A stretch of 32,000 nucleotides of DNA from Opitutia bacterium KCR 482 (GTDB lineage Bacteria; Verrucomicrobiota; Verrucomicrobiia; Opitutales; Intestinicryptomonadaceae): positions 870,001 to 902,000 of the forward strand of contig CP149973.1 of the NCBI GenBank assembly GCA_029269845.2, written 5' to 3'. Positions 9,923 to 17,430 of this stretch are shown piece by piece (position 1 is the first letter of the stretch; each line of letters begins with the position of its first letter). The position numbers were made by a program, and so were the translations under genes. The notes beneath the pieces are model-generated. The model saw only the letters and a program-made list of their open reading frames with translations, was not told the origin of the DNA and made no database searches.

Positions 9923-10816
9923 ATGGCGGACAAAAAAGTCAGGACTAAAAAAAACCAGCACAGGGTTGTTGTGAAAAACGTCGCGCTTGAAGACGAGCAA
10001 ATCAGCAGCGAACAGCCGATAGAATGCCTGTTCTCGGACGTGTCGCCGAGACTCATGCGCATCATGCGCGACCTCCTCTCGCCGGCATTCATTTTCGAAA
10101 AGGAGAAAATCCAGAACACAATCACATTCTTCGGCTCGGCGCGGATTAAGCCCGAGGAGGACGCGAAGGAGGCTCTCGCCGAACTGAAAAAACGCCCCGC
10201 AAAAACGGCGGAATACAAGCAGAAACTCGCCGCCGCAAAAGAAGCGGTCGCGATGTCGAAATACTACACCGCCGCATGCGAACTTGCCCGCAGACTCCAA
10301 GAATGGTTCAACATGCTCCCCCTCCCCGACGACCAGAAATTCTACATCATGACGGGCGGCGGCCCCGGCATCATGGAGGCCGCGGGCAAGGGCGCGCACA
10401 TCGCCGGAGGCACGCCGGTGGGGGCGACAATCCTCATTACCGACGAACAGCGCAGAAACCCGTATGTTGACAAGGGCGTGTGGGTGAACTTCCACTACTT
10501 CCTCATGCGCAAATTCTGGCTGCTGTTCTTCGCAAAGGCTCTCGTAGTGTTCCCCGGAGGGACGGGAACTTTCGACGAATTTTTCGAAGTGTTCACGCTG
10601 ATGAAAACGCGCAAGACAGCGAGGAAAATCCCGACAATCCTGTTCGGACGCAAATTCTGGAAGGGCTGCCTGAACTTCGAAACGCTCATAAAGGCGGACG
10701 TAATCACGCGCGACGACCTCGACTTCTTCGTCTACGCCGACACTGTTGACGAAGCGTTCGACTACCTTACAAGGGAAATCTCCGCCTACCTGAAAAAGGC
10801 GAAACTCATAAAATAG
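9923..10816 (+). CDS. LOG / TIGR00730-family nucleotide 5'-monophosphate nucleosidase-like protein
   Basis: Family motifs are present: ITFFGSAR, MTGGGPGIMEAAGKGA, PGGTGTFDEFFE. Start set at ATG 9923, which is preceded by AAAGGAAAG. The alternative ATG at 9905 has no visible RBS. Confidence 0.85.
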   Translation: MADKKVRTKKNQHRVVVKNVALEDEQISSEQPIECLFSDVSPRLMRIMRDLLSPAFIFEKEKIQNTITFFGSARIKPEEDAKEALAELKKRPAKTAEYKQKLAAAKEAVAMSKYYTAACELARRLQEWFNMLPLPDDQKFYIMTGGGPGIMEAAGKGAHIAGGTPVGATILITDEQRRNPYVDKGVWVNFHYFLMRKFWLLFFAKALVVFPGGTGTFDEFFEVFTLMKTRKTARKIPTILFGRKFWKGCLNFETLIKADVITRDDLDFFVYADTVDEAFDYLTREISAYLKKAKLIK

Positions 10817-10832
10817 CGCGGCAATTTCCGCA

Positions 10833-10862
10833 CGGCTTCCGCAAACTCCGCCCAAACACGGC
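10833..10862 (+). terminator. Intrinsic terminator after the LOG-family gene
   Basis: Stem ACTCCGCC (10835-10842) / GGCGGAGT (10850-10857) is followed by a T-run ending at 10862. Confidence 0.7.
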
Positions 10863-11111
10863 GGAGTTTTTTGCGGGCGCAGACGCGGGCTGATTTTGCC
10901 GAATAAAACGGAGAGCATGCCGCTTGCGGCGCGGCGCGTTGTGTTTGCGCGTGGCAAGGCGCGCTACTTAATTTTTGCGGACAAGAGGCAAAGAGCGTCG
11001 AAGCAGTAAGCAACGAGGGCGCAGCAGGCACGGGCGAAATGCGAGCACAGCAGGACGCGAACGAGCGCAACGTGGCGGGTGTGGATGGGCGCAACACAGC
11101 GCGTGTGGGCA

Positions 11112-11142
11112 CAAAAAAACCGCGTCCGAAGACGCGGTTTTT
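11112..11142 (-). terminator. Intrinsic terminator after the PEP-CTERM protein gene
   Basis: Stem ACCGCGTC (11119-11126) / GACGCGGT (11131-11138) with a 4-nt loop. On the minus strand it is followed by U7 (plus-strand A-run 11112-11118). Confidence 0.75.
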
Positions 11143-11158
11143 GAGGAGATTTACAAAC

Positions 11159-13246
11159 CTATTTTCTGCGGCGGTAGACCGCCATAGCAAGCGCGATTGC
11201 CCCGAAAATCGCCGCCCATTCCGCGGGTTCGGGTATCACGTAGTTGAGGTAGCCGTTTTGGTGCTGCCAGACGCCGCCGCTGAGCAATTCGCCCGACTTG
11301 TCGTACGCGATAATCGTGATTGTGGATTTACCCTTTGTAATCACGCCGCCCGAAATATCGCAACCGCTATCCATTTGGATGTCGTCGATTTTGACAATGT
11401 CGTTTGCGAAGTCCGTCAAGATGAGGTTTGCGAGGGTGTCCGCCGCGCCGCCGTCGTCGGGGCGAAGCAAGCCGATATGCAGAAGCGACGCTCCGCCGAG
11501 GTTGATTGTCAAATCAATAGCCTCTCCCGGATTGCCGCCCGCGTAGCCCTTGAATGCAAGAATCGTGAAGTTGTACGACTGCCCTTCCGAGAGCGTAAGG
11601 AAGTTGTTTGAAGTTCTTATGACCGCAAGTCTGCCCGTGTAGGACGAACCGCCGCCCAATAACAATTCTTTTGCGCTGTCGTAGCCTACTGTGCTGGTGC
11701 CTACCGCGGGGCTGAACAAGATGTTATTACCGGCGATTCTCGAAGTGGCATCAACCGAAATGGTGCCGCCGTTTGCGATTAAAAGCGAAGTTCTGTCTGT
11801 TTTCATTGCAAGCGTACCGCCGTCCGAAATGCTAAGCGTTCCCATCTTGACGATGCCCGTCAGAGAGTCCGTCTTGCCCGTAAGATTAAGCGTGCCGCCC
11901 GCGATTGAAATATTTGCAAGCGATGTCAATTTTCCATACGTATTCGCTTCCGCGAGGGTGTTGTTGATGTCCAATACCCCGCCATTGCCGATTGTAAGAG
12001 AGCCCAAGACCCATTCGTTCGCGACGGCATTGGCATATTTATCGTAATCGGAACCGCTGCTGGCATACACAACATGCCCCGAAATGTTCAATTCCGTTTC
12101 CGCGTTGACCGTAATGTAGTTAGCGGTAAGCGTTTTGCCGTCGGCTACGGCAAGTCTGGAAACGCCGGACTTCGCCTGCGTTCGCATCGTGCCGACAAGA
12201 CCGTCGGAAACGAATTTGATATCGCCATCGCGCGAGCTGCGGAGTTCGAGAGCGCGTTTCGAAAAATCTACATTTTCGCCGAAGCTTATCGAACCGCCGC
12301 TCGTTGCGATATTGCCGTTGAGCGTGCCGTTAAGCTCGAACGAGCCGCCGTAGACTGCCGCCATGCCTGTCATGACGCCCGTTTCGCCGACAATAAGTTT
12401 TGCCCCTGTGTAAACCTGAGTGCCAGACATGTTTGAGTACGAACCGTTAACGGTCATGGTAGACGCGCCTCCCAGCACGGCGGTCGTGAACGAATCGTCG
12501 GGAGTAATATAAACGGTCGCGCCGTTGTCGATTGTAAAGGAAGAACCGTTTAAAACTCTCAGTTTGCCCTTGTTTTGGATTTCACCGCCGCTTCTTACGG
12601 TCATGTTCGTATTGTTCAGCACAAGCGAATCAACCTTGGTGCCCGTAAGATTGAGCGTGCCGTCTACATAGAACATGGAGTCGGTGTACGAAGCCTCGGA
12701 CGTTCTCAGCTTGCCGATTACATTTGCCGACTTGGTTTCAAGCGTTACATTTTTGCCGATTGTGAAAGTTCTGCCCGTCTTGCCCAGAGCGACGTTGCCG
12801 TGTACATAGTCGGCGTCGTTGGAAGCCAAATTGACGTTAAAGCCCTTTTCGTTCGTCGCCTTGACGGTGATTGCCGAGCCGGCCGCCGATTCGAGCGAAT
12901 ATCCCGCGGAAGAAACCCCGCTTCCGTACGCGTTGTATTGGAAATTTTCGAGCACGGAAAACGACGTATCCTTTTCGAGCAGAATGTGGTAGGTAGCGTG
13001 GTATCCCTTGCCGCCGGAACTATACAGGAAAGTGCCGAGGGTGTCGGTGGACGATTTCAGATAGTAGTCTGCCCACGAGGTCATTTCAGAGTCAAGGCGG
13101 TTCGTTTTCAAAATAACGTCCGAACCGTCGAGAATTGCCGCGTTTTCGGGACTTGTGTTTGTGGTGACGAACAAGTCTTTTGCGCACAAACTGTCCGACG
13201 CAAACGCGGCAGCGGCGGCGGACAATGCTAATAGCAGTTTTTTCAT
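11159..13246 (-). CDS. PEP-CTERM-anchored surface protein with autotransporter-associated beta-strand repeats
   Basis: Signal peptide MKKLLLALSAAAAAFA. Long Gly/Thr/Asn-rich repeats (GGTLNLTG, GTLSISDGGTLAM, TVNGSY) are present. The C-terminus VIPEPAEWAAIFGAIALAMAVYRRRK reads as a PEP motif, a TM helix and a basic tail. AGGAG lies 8 nt upstream of the ATG. Confidence 0.85.
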   Translation of the reverse strand: MKKLLLALSAAAAAFASDSLCAKDLFVTTNTSPENAAILDGSDVILKTNRLDSEMTSWADYYLKSSTDTLGTFLYSSGGKGYHATYHILLEKDTSFSVLENFQYNAYGSGVSSAGYSLESAAGSAITVKATNEKGFNVNLASNDADYVHGNVALGKTGRTFTIGKNVTLETKSANVIGKLRTSEASYTDSMFYVDGTLNLTGTKVDSLVLNNTNMTVRSGGEIQNKGKLRVLNGSSFTIDNGATVYITPDDSFTTAVLGGASTMTVNGSYSNMSGTQVYTGAKLIVGETGVMTGMAAVYGGSFELNGTLNGNIATSGGSISFGENVDFSKRALELRSSRDGDIKFVSDGLVGTMRTQAKSGVSRLAVADGKTLTANYITVNAETELNISGHVVYASSGSDYDKYANAVANEWVLGSLTIGNGGVLDINNTLAEANTYGKLTSLANISIAGGTLNLTGKTDSLTGIVKMGTLSISDGGTLAMKTDRTSLLIANGGTISVDATSRIAGNNILFSPAVGTSTVGYDSAKELLLGGGSSYTGRLAVIRTSNNFLTLSEGQSYNFTILAFKGYAGGNPGEAIDLTINLGGASLLHIGLLRPDDGGAADTLANLILTDFANDIVKIDDIQMDSGCDISGGVITKGKSTITIIAYDKSGELLSGGVWQHQNGYLNYVIPEPAEWAAIFGAIALAMAVYRRRK

Positions 13247-13545
13247 GATAACAATCTCCTATAATGTAGTTGTTAATAGATGGTTTAATTCGGCTTGGTA
13301 ATAAAATAAAAGAGCAAGTTTCTATTTTCGTCAACACCGAGATACGTATTTTTTGTTAAACTGTTTACCTTGCGTTAATTGATTACATTTCAATGCGTTG
13401 CGAACTTTGTTCAAATTTCCGAACATTAATTTACGGAATTTTTTGTAGCGAATTTTGCGAAAAAAAAACTCCCCCGAAATCCCCAAGAACGCGGACGGAA
13501 ATTTTTGGCTTGAAAACGCGCCGACGCGCTTTTATTAGTCCGAAC

Positions 13546-14349
13546 ATGAAAAAAATTACAACGCTCCTTTTCTGCTTGCTGGCGGCGGTATCGTTCGCCG
13601 CCGAAAAAACCGCCGCCCCTATCGACTCCGATTGGAAGGGCAAAAACGTCGCATTCCTCGGAGACTCCATCACCGACAAAATCTACGCCTGCTCAAAAAA
13701 GAACTACTGGCAGTTTTTGGAGGAGTCGCTCGGAATAGCCGCGCGCGTCTACGCAATCAACGGCAACACTTTCGGCGGCGTCCTCAAACAGGCGCAAAAA
13801 CTCAAAGCCGAACGCCCCGACATCGACGCAATCATAATCTTTGCGGGCACAAACGACTTCAACGGCGGCGCACCCCTCGGCGACTGGTACACCCTCGGCG
13901 ACGAGCAGACAAACGCCGACGGCAAAACCGTTGTCCGCAAACGCCGCGCGTTCTCGACCGATACAAAAACGTTCCGCGGCAGAATAAATGCGGTTCTCGG
14001 CTTTTTGAAGGAAAACTTCCCCGACGCGCAAATCGTACTTCTTACGCCGATACACAGAAGCTACGCAAAGTTCGGCGAAAAAAACGTCCAGCCCGACGAG
14101 TCCTTCCCCAACCGAATCGGTCTTTATATAGACTCGTACGTCGACGCGGTCAAGGAGGCTGGCAACGTGTGGGCGGTGCCCGTAATAGACCTCAACGCCC
14201 TTTGCGGTCTTCACCCCAACACGCCCGCCCACGCGAAATATTTTGCAAACAAAGACACCGACCGTCTCCACCCCAACGCCGACGGGCACTACCGCATAGC
14301 AAAAACCCTCGCGCGGCAGCTCGCAAGCCTCCCCGCAAATTTCGAGTAA
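13546..14349 (+). CDS. Secreted SGNH/GDSL-family hydrolase
   Basis: ORF 13393..14349 trimmed to ATG 13546, which opens the signal peptide MKKITTLLFCLLAAVSFA. SGNH blocks are FLGDSITD (Ser), IFAGTNDF (Asn) and DRLHPN (Asp/His). Confidence 0.85.
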   Translation: MKKITTLLFCLLAAVSFAAEKTAAPIDSDWKGKNVAFLGDSITDKIYACSKKNYWQFLEESLGIAARVYAINGNTFGGVLKQAQKLKAERPDIDAIIIFAGTNDFNGGAPLGDWYTLGDEQTNADGKTVVRKRRAFSTDTKTFRGRINAVLGFLKENFPDAQIVLLTPIHRSYAKFGEKNVQPDESFPNRIGLYIDSYVDAVKEAGNVWAVPVIDLNALCGLHPNTPAHAKYFANKDTDRLHPNADGHYRIAKTLARQLASLPANFE

Positions 14350-14401
14350 TTTAAAACGGAGCTAATCGGGCGCGGTGCGGCTGGCGCAAAGCACGGAACG
14401 A

Positions 14402-14438
14402 AAAAAAAATTCCGCGCCGAAGAGGACGCGGGAAATTT
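14402..14438 (-). terminator. Intrinsic terminator about 180 nt downstream of the coaD stop
   Basis: The minus strand reads UUCCCGCGUCC-UCUUC-GGCGCGGAA (about 9 bp with two bulges) followed by U9 (plus-strand A9 at 14401-14409). Confidence 0.65.
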
Positions 14439-14616
14439 AGCCGCAAAAACCTAACGCGGCAAGCGCGCTTTCGCGCGAACTTCCGCCGCCCGTACGCGCG
14501 TCTTCCGTCGTTTAGATTGCGCTTTCGCGTCCGTCCTAAAACTGCGGCGCATGTGCATGCGAAAAAGAAAACCGACGACGCAACCCCCGCCAGTCGAAAC
14601 TTCCGCAATTCGGAGG

Positions 14617-15102
14617 CTACTTTTTCAGGCGCAGCATTTCGTCGAGCACATTCTGCGGGACGAACTCGCTGACGCGTTCGGGTGCGTAGGCGGCAACCTG
14701 CTTGATTATCGTGGAGCTTGTGTAAAAATACTTGTGGCTCGGCATCAGGAAAATCGTCTCGACGCCGCCGTCGAGATGCCTGTTCATCTGCGCAAGCTGG
14801 AACTCGAACTCGAAGTCCGACACCGCGCGAAGCCCGCGTATGATGGCTACGGCTTTGTGCTCGCGGGCGAAATCCACGGTAAGGTCGTCAAACTTGCGAA
14901 CCTCCACATTCGGCATGTCTGCAAGATTTTCGGCGAAAAGGCGCACGCGGGTATCGACGTCGAACAGCGGCCCCTTGCCCGCGTTCGGGGCAACCGCAAC
15001 GATTACTTCGTCGAACATTTTGGCGGCGCGGCGGAGAACATCGATGTGCCCGTTCGTAACGGGGTCGAATGTTCCGGGGTAGATTGCGGTTTTCTTTTCC
15101 AT
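14617..15102 (-). CDS. coaD: Phosphopantetheine adenylyltransferase
   Basis: 161 aa. N-terminus AIYPGTFDPVTNGHIDV (T/HxGH nucleotidyltransferase motif). Full-length resemblance to CoaD. Confidence 0.95.
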   Translation of the reverse strand: MEKKTAIYPGTFDPVTNGHIDVLRRAAKMFDEVIVAVAPNAGKGPLFDVDTRVRLFAENLADMPNVEVRKFDDLTVDFAREHKAVAIIRGLRAVSDFEFEFQLAQMNRHLDGGVETIFLMPSHKYFYTSSTIIKQVAAYAPERVSEFVPQNVLDEMLRLKK

Positions 15103-15179
15103 ATAAATTTCCGTCGGATTTCTCTTGTTTTAGCTATTATTCTTGTAAAATCGAAAAAATCTATCAACACTATTTTACA

Positions 15180-15764
15180 ATGAATTTTCCAAACACTCTC
15201 ACGATTCTGCGGATTCTGCTGACATTCTGCGCGGTCGCGCTCGTCTGCACCGACGTCCGATACTGTGCGCTCGCGGCGTTCTTCGTGTACGTCGTAGCGG
15301 GCACGACCGACTGGTTCGACGGATACCTCGCAAGAAAATACAACGCCGTTACCGTCTTCGGCAAATTCATGGACGCCCTCAGCGACAAAATCATGGTCGT
15401 TACAATGTTCATGACGCTCTTCGCCCTCGACATGTACCGAGACTGGACCCTTGCCGCCCTCGTCTGCGCAATAGCCTCCGTCACGCGCGAATTCGCCGTG
15501 AGCGGAATACGAATGGTTGCCTCGAACGCGGGAATCGTGCTCGCCGCCGAAAAAATGGGCAAATACAAGGCGGCTTTCCAGATGTACTCCGTGGGCGCAA
15601 TTATCCTCGCCTTCGCAATGAAGGTGGACTTCGGGACGACGCGCGGGTTCGTGGCGGAATTCGCGTACGGCTCTGGAATCGCAACGCTGCTGCTTTCGAC
15701 AGTGCTCTCGGTGTGGTCGGGGCTTGGATATATCCGCCGATACGGACATTTGCTGAAAGGCTAA
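15180..15764 (+). CDS. pgsA: CDP-diacylglycerol--glycerol-3-phosphate 3-phosphatidyltransferase
   Basis: CDP-alcohol phosphatidyltransferase motif DWFDGYLARKYNAVTVFGKFMDALSDK (DGx2ARx8Gx3Dx3D) in a multi-TM protein. ORF 15069 trimmed to ATG 15180 (MNFPNTLTILRI). Confidence 0.9.
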   Translation: MNFPNTLTILRILLTFCAVALVCTDVRYCALAAFFVYVVAGTTDWFDGYLARKYNAVTVFGKFMDALSDKIMVVTMFMTLFALDMYRDWTLAALVCAIASVTREFAVSGIRMVASNAGIVLAAEKMGKYKAAFQMYSVGAIILAFAMKVDFGTTRGFVAEFAYGSGIATLLLSTVLSVWSGLGYIRRYGHLLKG

Positions 15765-15767
15765 ACC

Positions 15768-16298
15768 ATGACCGTGCGCAAAAAATTCTATCCGTGGGCG
15801 GCGACACTGCCCAAAAATGTCTCCGTAAATATCGCAACACTCTTCGGGCTCGGCAATTTGAAAGCCCCCGGAACGTGGGGCTCGGCGGCTGGCGTGCTCT
15901 TCTACTGGCTCGTATTTTCGGGACTCGGCGGCGACGGCGCGCTCGGATTTTTCAGATACATTCTCTTCGCGGCACTGCTGACCTACCTTGCGGTGGGCAT
16001 CTGCGACGCCGCCGAACGCGCCATCGGCATGCGCGACCCCGGGAAAATCATTCTCGACGAATTCGTGGCGATGAACTTCTGCTTTCTGCCGCTTTCCGCC
16101 GAACCGTATAGCGCGTTCGGATTGCTGCTGGGCTTCGGGCTTTTCAGGTTCTTCGACATAAAAAAGCCGCTCGGAATCTCGAAATTGCAATCATTGGAGG
16201 GCGGGCTTGGGTGCGTAGCCGACGATATCGCGGCCGCGCTTGTCTCGTGCATAGCACTCAACGTAGCGGCTCTTGGAGTGCCTACAATTTACGCATAA
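15768..16298 (+). CDS. pgpA: Phosphatidylglycerophosphatase A
   Basis: PgpA-family blocks FGLGNLKAPGTWGS, ILDEFVAM and FRFFDIKKP. The gene starts 3 nt after the pgsA stop, so the two are probably an operon. Confidence 0.9.
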   Translation: MTVRKKFYPWAATLPKNVSVNIATLFGLGNLKAPGTWGSAAGVLFYWLVFSGLGGDGALGFFRYILFAALLTYLAVGICDAAERAIGMRDPGKIILDEFVAMNFCFLPLSAEPYSAFGLLLGFGLFRFFDIKKPLGISKLQSLEGGLGCVADDIAAALVSCIALNVAALGVPTIYA

Positions 16299-16363
16299 GA
16301 ACGCGCAAGGCAAACTCATGGAAACGCGCGGAAAATAAAAACATAAAATTTCTAAAAAAAAGC

Positions 16364-16391
16364 TTGCCAACAGACGCGCCATTCATACATT
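16364..16391 (+). promoter_or_regulatory. Putative sigma-70-type promoter for tRNA-Lys
   Basis: TTGCCA (16364-16369), a 16-nt spacer, then TACATT (16386-16391), preceded by an A/T-rich tract (16334-16360). It lies about 20 nt upstream of the tRNA. Pattern match only. Confidence 0.35.
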
Positions 16392-16411
16392 GATTGCTTT
16401 AATTTCTTTAA

Positions 16412-16483
16412 GGGCCGATAGCTCAACGGTAGAGCAGTTGCCTTTTAAGCAATTGGTTCCGAGTTCGAATCTCGGTCGGCCTA
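16412..16483 (+). tRNA. tRNA-Lys (anticodon UUU)
   Basis: Hand-folded cloverleaf. Acceptor stem GGGCCGA/TCGGCCT, D-arm GCTC-AACGGTA-GAGC, anticodon arm GTTGC-CTTTTAA-GCAAT (anticodon TTT at 16444-16446), T-arm CCGAG-TTCGAAT-CTCGG, discriminator A. No encoded CCA. Confidence 0.95.
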
Positions 16484-16503
16484 CTTAAAGGAAACAAAAC
16501 TTA

Positions 16504-16537
16504 AAAACTCGCAAGATAGCTACTTGCGAGTTTTTTT
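16504..16537 (+). terminator. Intrinsic terminator after tRNA-Lys
   Basis: Stem CTCGCAAG (16508-16515) / CTTGCGAG (16523-16530) is followed by T7 (16531-16537). Confidence 0.75.
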
Positions 16538-16560
16538 GTGCCCAAATTTCCAAGAAATTT

Positions 16561-16659
16561 ATATCCACCCAAATTATCCATTTTATCCACCTTAAAAGGA
16601 AATCAGGTGGATAAAAGTGGACATTTCAAGTGGATAAAAAGTCCACTTTTTTATCCACC
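16561..16659. promoter_or_regulatory. Cluster of DnaA-box-like 9-mers (candidate oriC core or DnaA-binding locus)
   Basis: Matches to TTATCCACA: 16561-16569 ATATCCACC, 16574-16582 TTATCCATT, 16583-16591 TTATCCACC, 16606-16614 GGTGGATAA (rc), 16616-16624 AGTGGACAT (rc), 16629-16637 AGTGGATAA (rc), 16639-16647 AAGTCCACT (weak), 16651-16659 TTATCCACC. The region is non-coding and flanked by an AT-rich 40-mer. Confidence 0.6.
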
Positions 16660-16806
16660 TCAAATCGATTTATTGGAACAAAATATTAGCTTTTCAAAAG
16701 CCCCGCATAAGCAAAAAAAGTCGCGCACATACACGCGGGGTTAAGTGCGGGCGGGTTAGTACGATAGTTTTGGTAGCGGCGATTATGTCGCGAAAAGCTC
16801 AATGTT

Positions 16807-17313
16807 ATGAACACAAAATTCAATGGTAGTCCCGTCAAGCTTGGCGGGAATTTTGCGGAGGTCGGCGCGAAAGCCCCCGACTTCAAAATGGTCAAGTCCG
16901 ACCTCAGCAACTTCACGCTCGGAAGTGTGGCGGGCAAGCGTCTGCTCCTGAACATATTTCCGAGTCTCGACACCTCAGTTTGCGCGATGTCGGTGCGGAA
17001 ATTCAACAAGATGGCGTCCGAAATCAAAGACGTTCTCGTTCTCTGCATTTCGAAAGACCTCCCGTTTGCCCAGAAGCGTTTTTGCACGACCGAAAACATC
17101 GCGAACGTCATTCCCCTTTCCGACTGCCGCATCGGCTCGACTTTCGGCGCAGACTACGGGGTAATCATTACAGACGGCGTTTTGGAGGGGCTTTTTGCCC
17201 GCGCGGTTATTGTAATTTCGCCCGACGGGAAAATCGAGTATGCCGCGCTTTCGCCCGAAATCACGAAAGAGCCCGACTACGACGCCGCGATGGCGGCTCT
17301 TGCAAAAGCCTAA
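16807..17313 (+). CDS. tpx: Thiol peroxidase (Tpx-type atypical 2-Cys peroxiredoxin)
   Basis: 168 aa. APDFKMV, FPSLDTSVC (peroxidatic Cys) and DLPFAQKRFC (resolving Cys) are typical of Tpx. Confidence 0.95.
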   Translation: MNTKFNGSPVKLGGNFAEVGAKAPDFKMVKSDLSNFTLGSVAGKRLLLNIFPSLDTSVCAMSVRKFNKMASEIKDVLVLCISKDLPFAQKRFCTTENIANVIPLSDCRIGSTFGADYGVIITDGVLEGLFARAVIVISPDGKIEYAALSPEITKEPDYDAAMAALAKA

Positions 17314-17430
17314 GCCTTTTCGGCTTTTCCGAGAGCGCGCGCAGCATATTCCGAGGGAAATTTCCGCCCGAGAAAAATCGGCGCATTAGTGTTTGCGGGC
17401 TGCGCGGAAATTCCGCGGCGGAAGTCCGCG

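Noticed and set aside
14351-14608. 85-aa minus-strand ORF downstream of coaD
   Set aside because: It is 30% Arg, has no RBS, and its end runs through the terminator hairpin. The region is better explained as an RNA-level feature (see the coaD trailer finding).
16538-16744. 68-aa ORF spanning the DnaA-box cluster
   Set aside because: It has no RBS and starts on a non-ATG codon inside the tRNA terminator tail. Its apparent repeats (YPP, WIK) merely translate the repeated TTATCCAC boxes. The DNA-level motif explains the sequence better.
16412-16800. Genomic island integrated at tRNA-Lys
   Set aside because: There is no integrase, no direct repeat of the tRNA 3' end that I can find downstream, and the next genes (tpx, dnaE) are core housekeeping genes.
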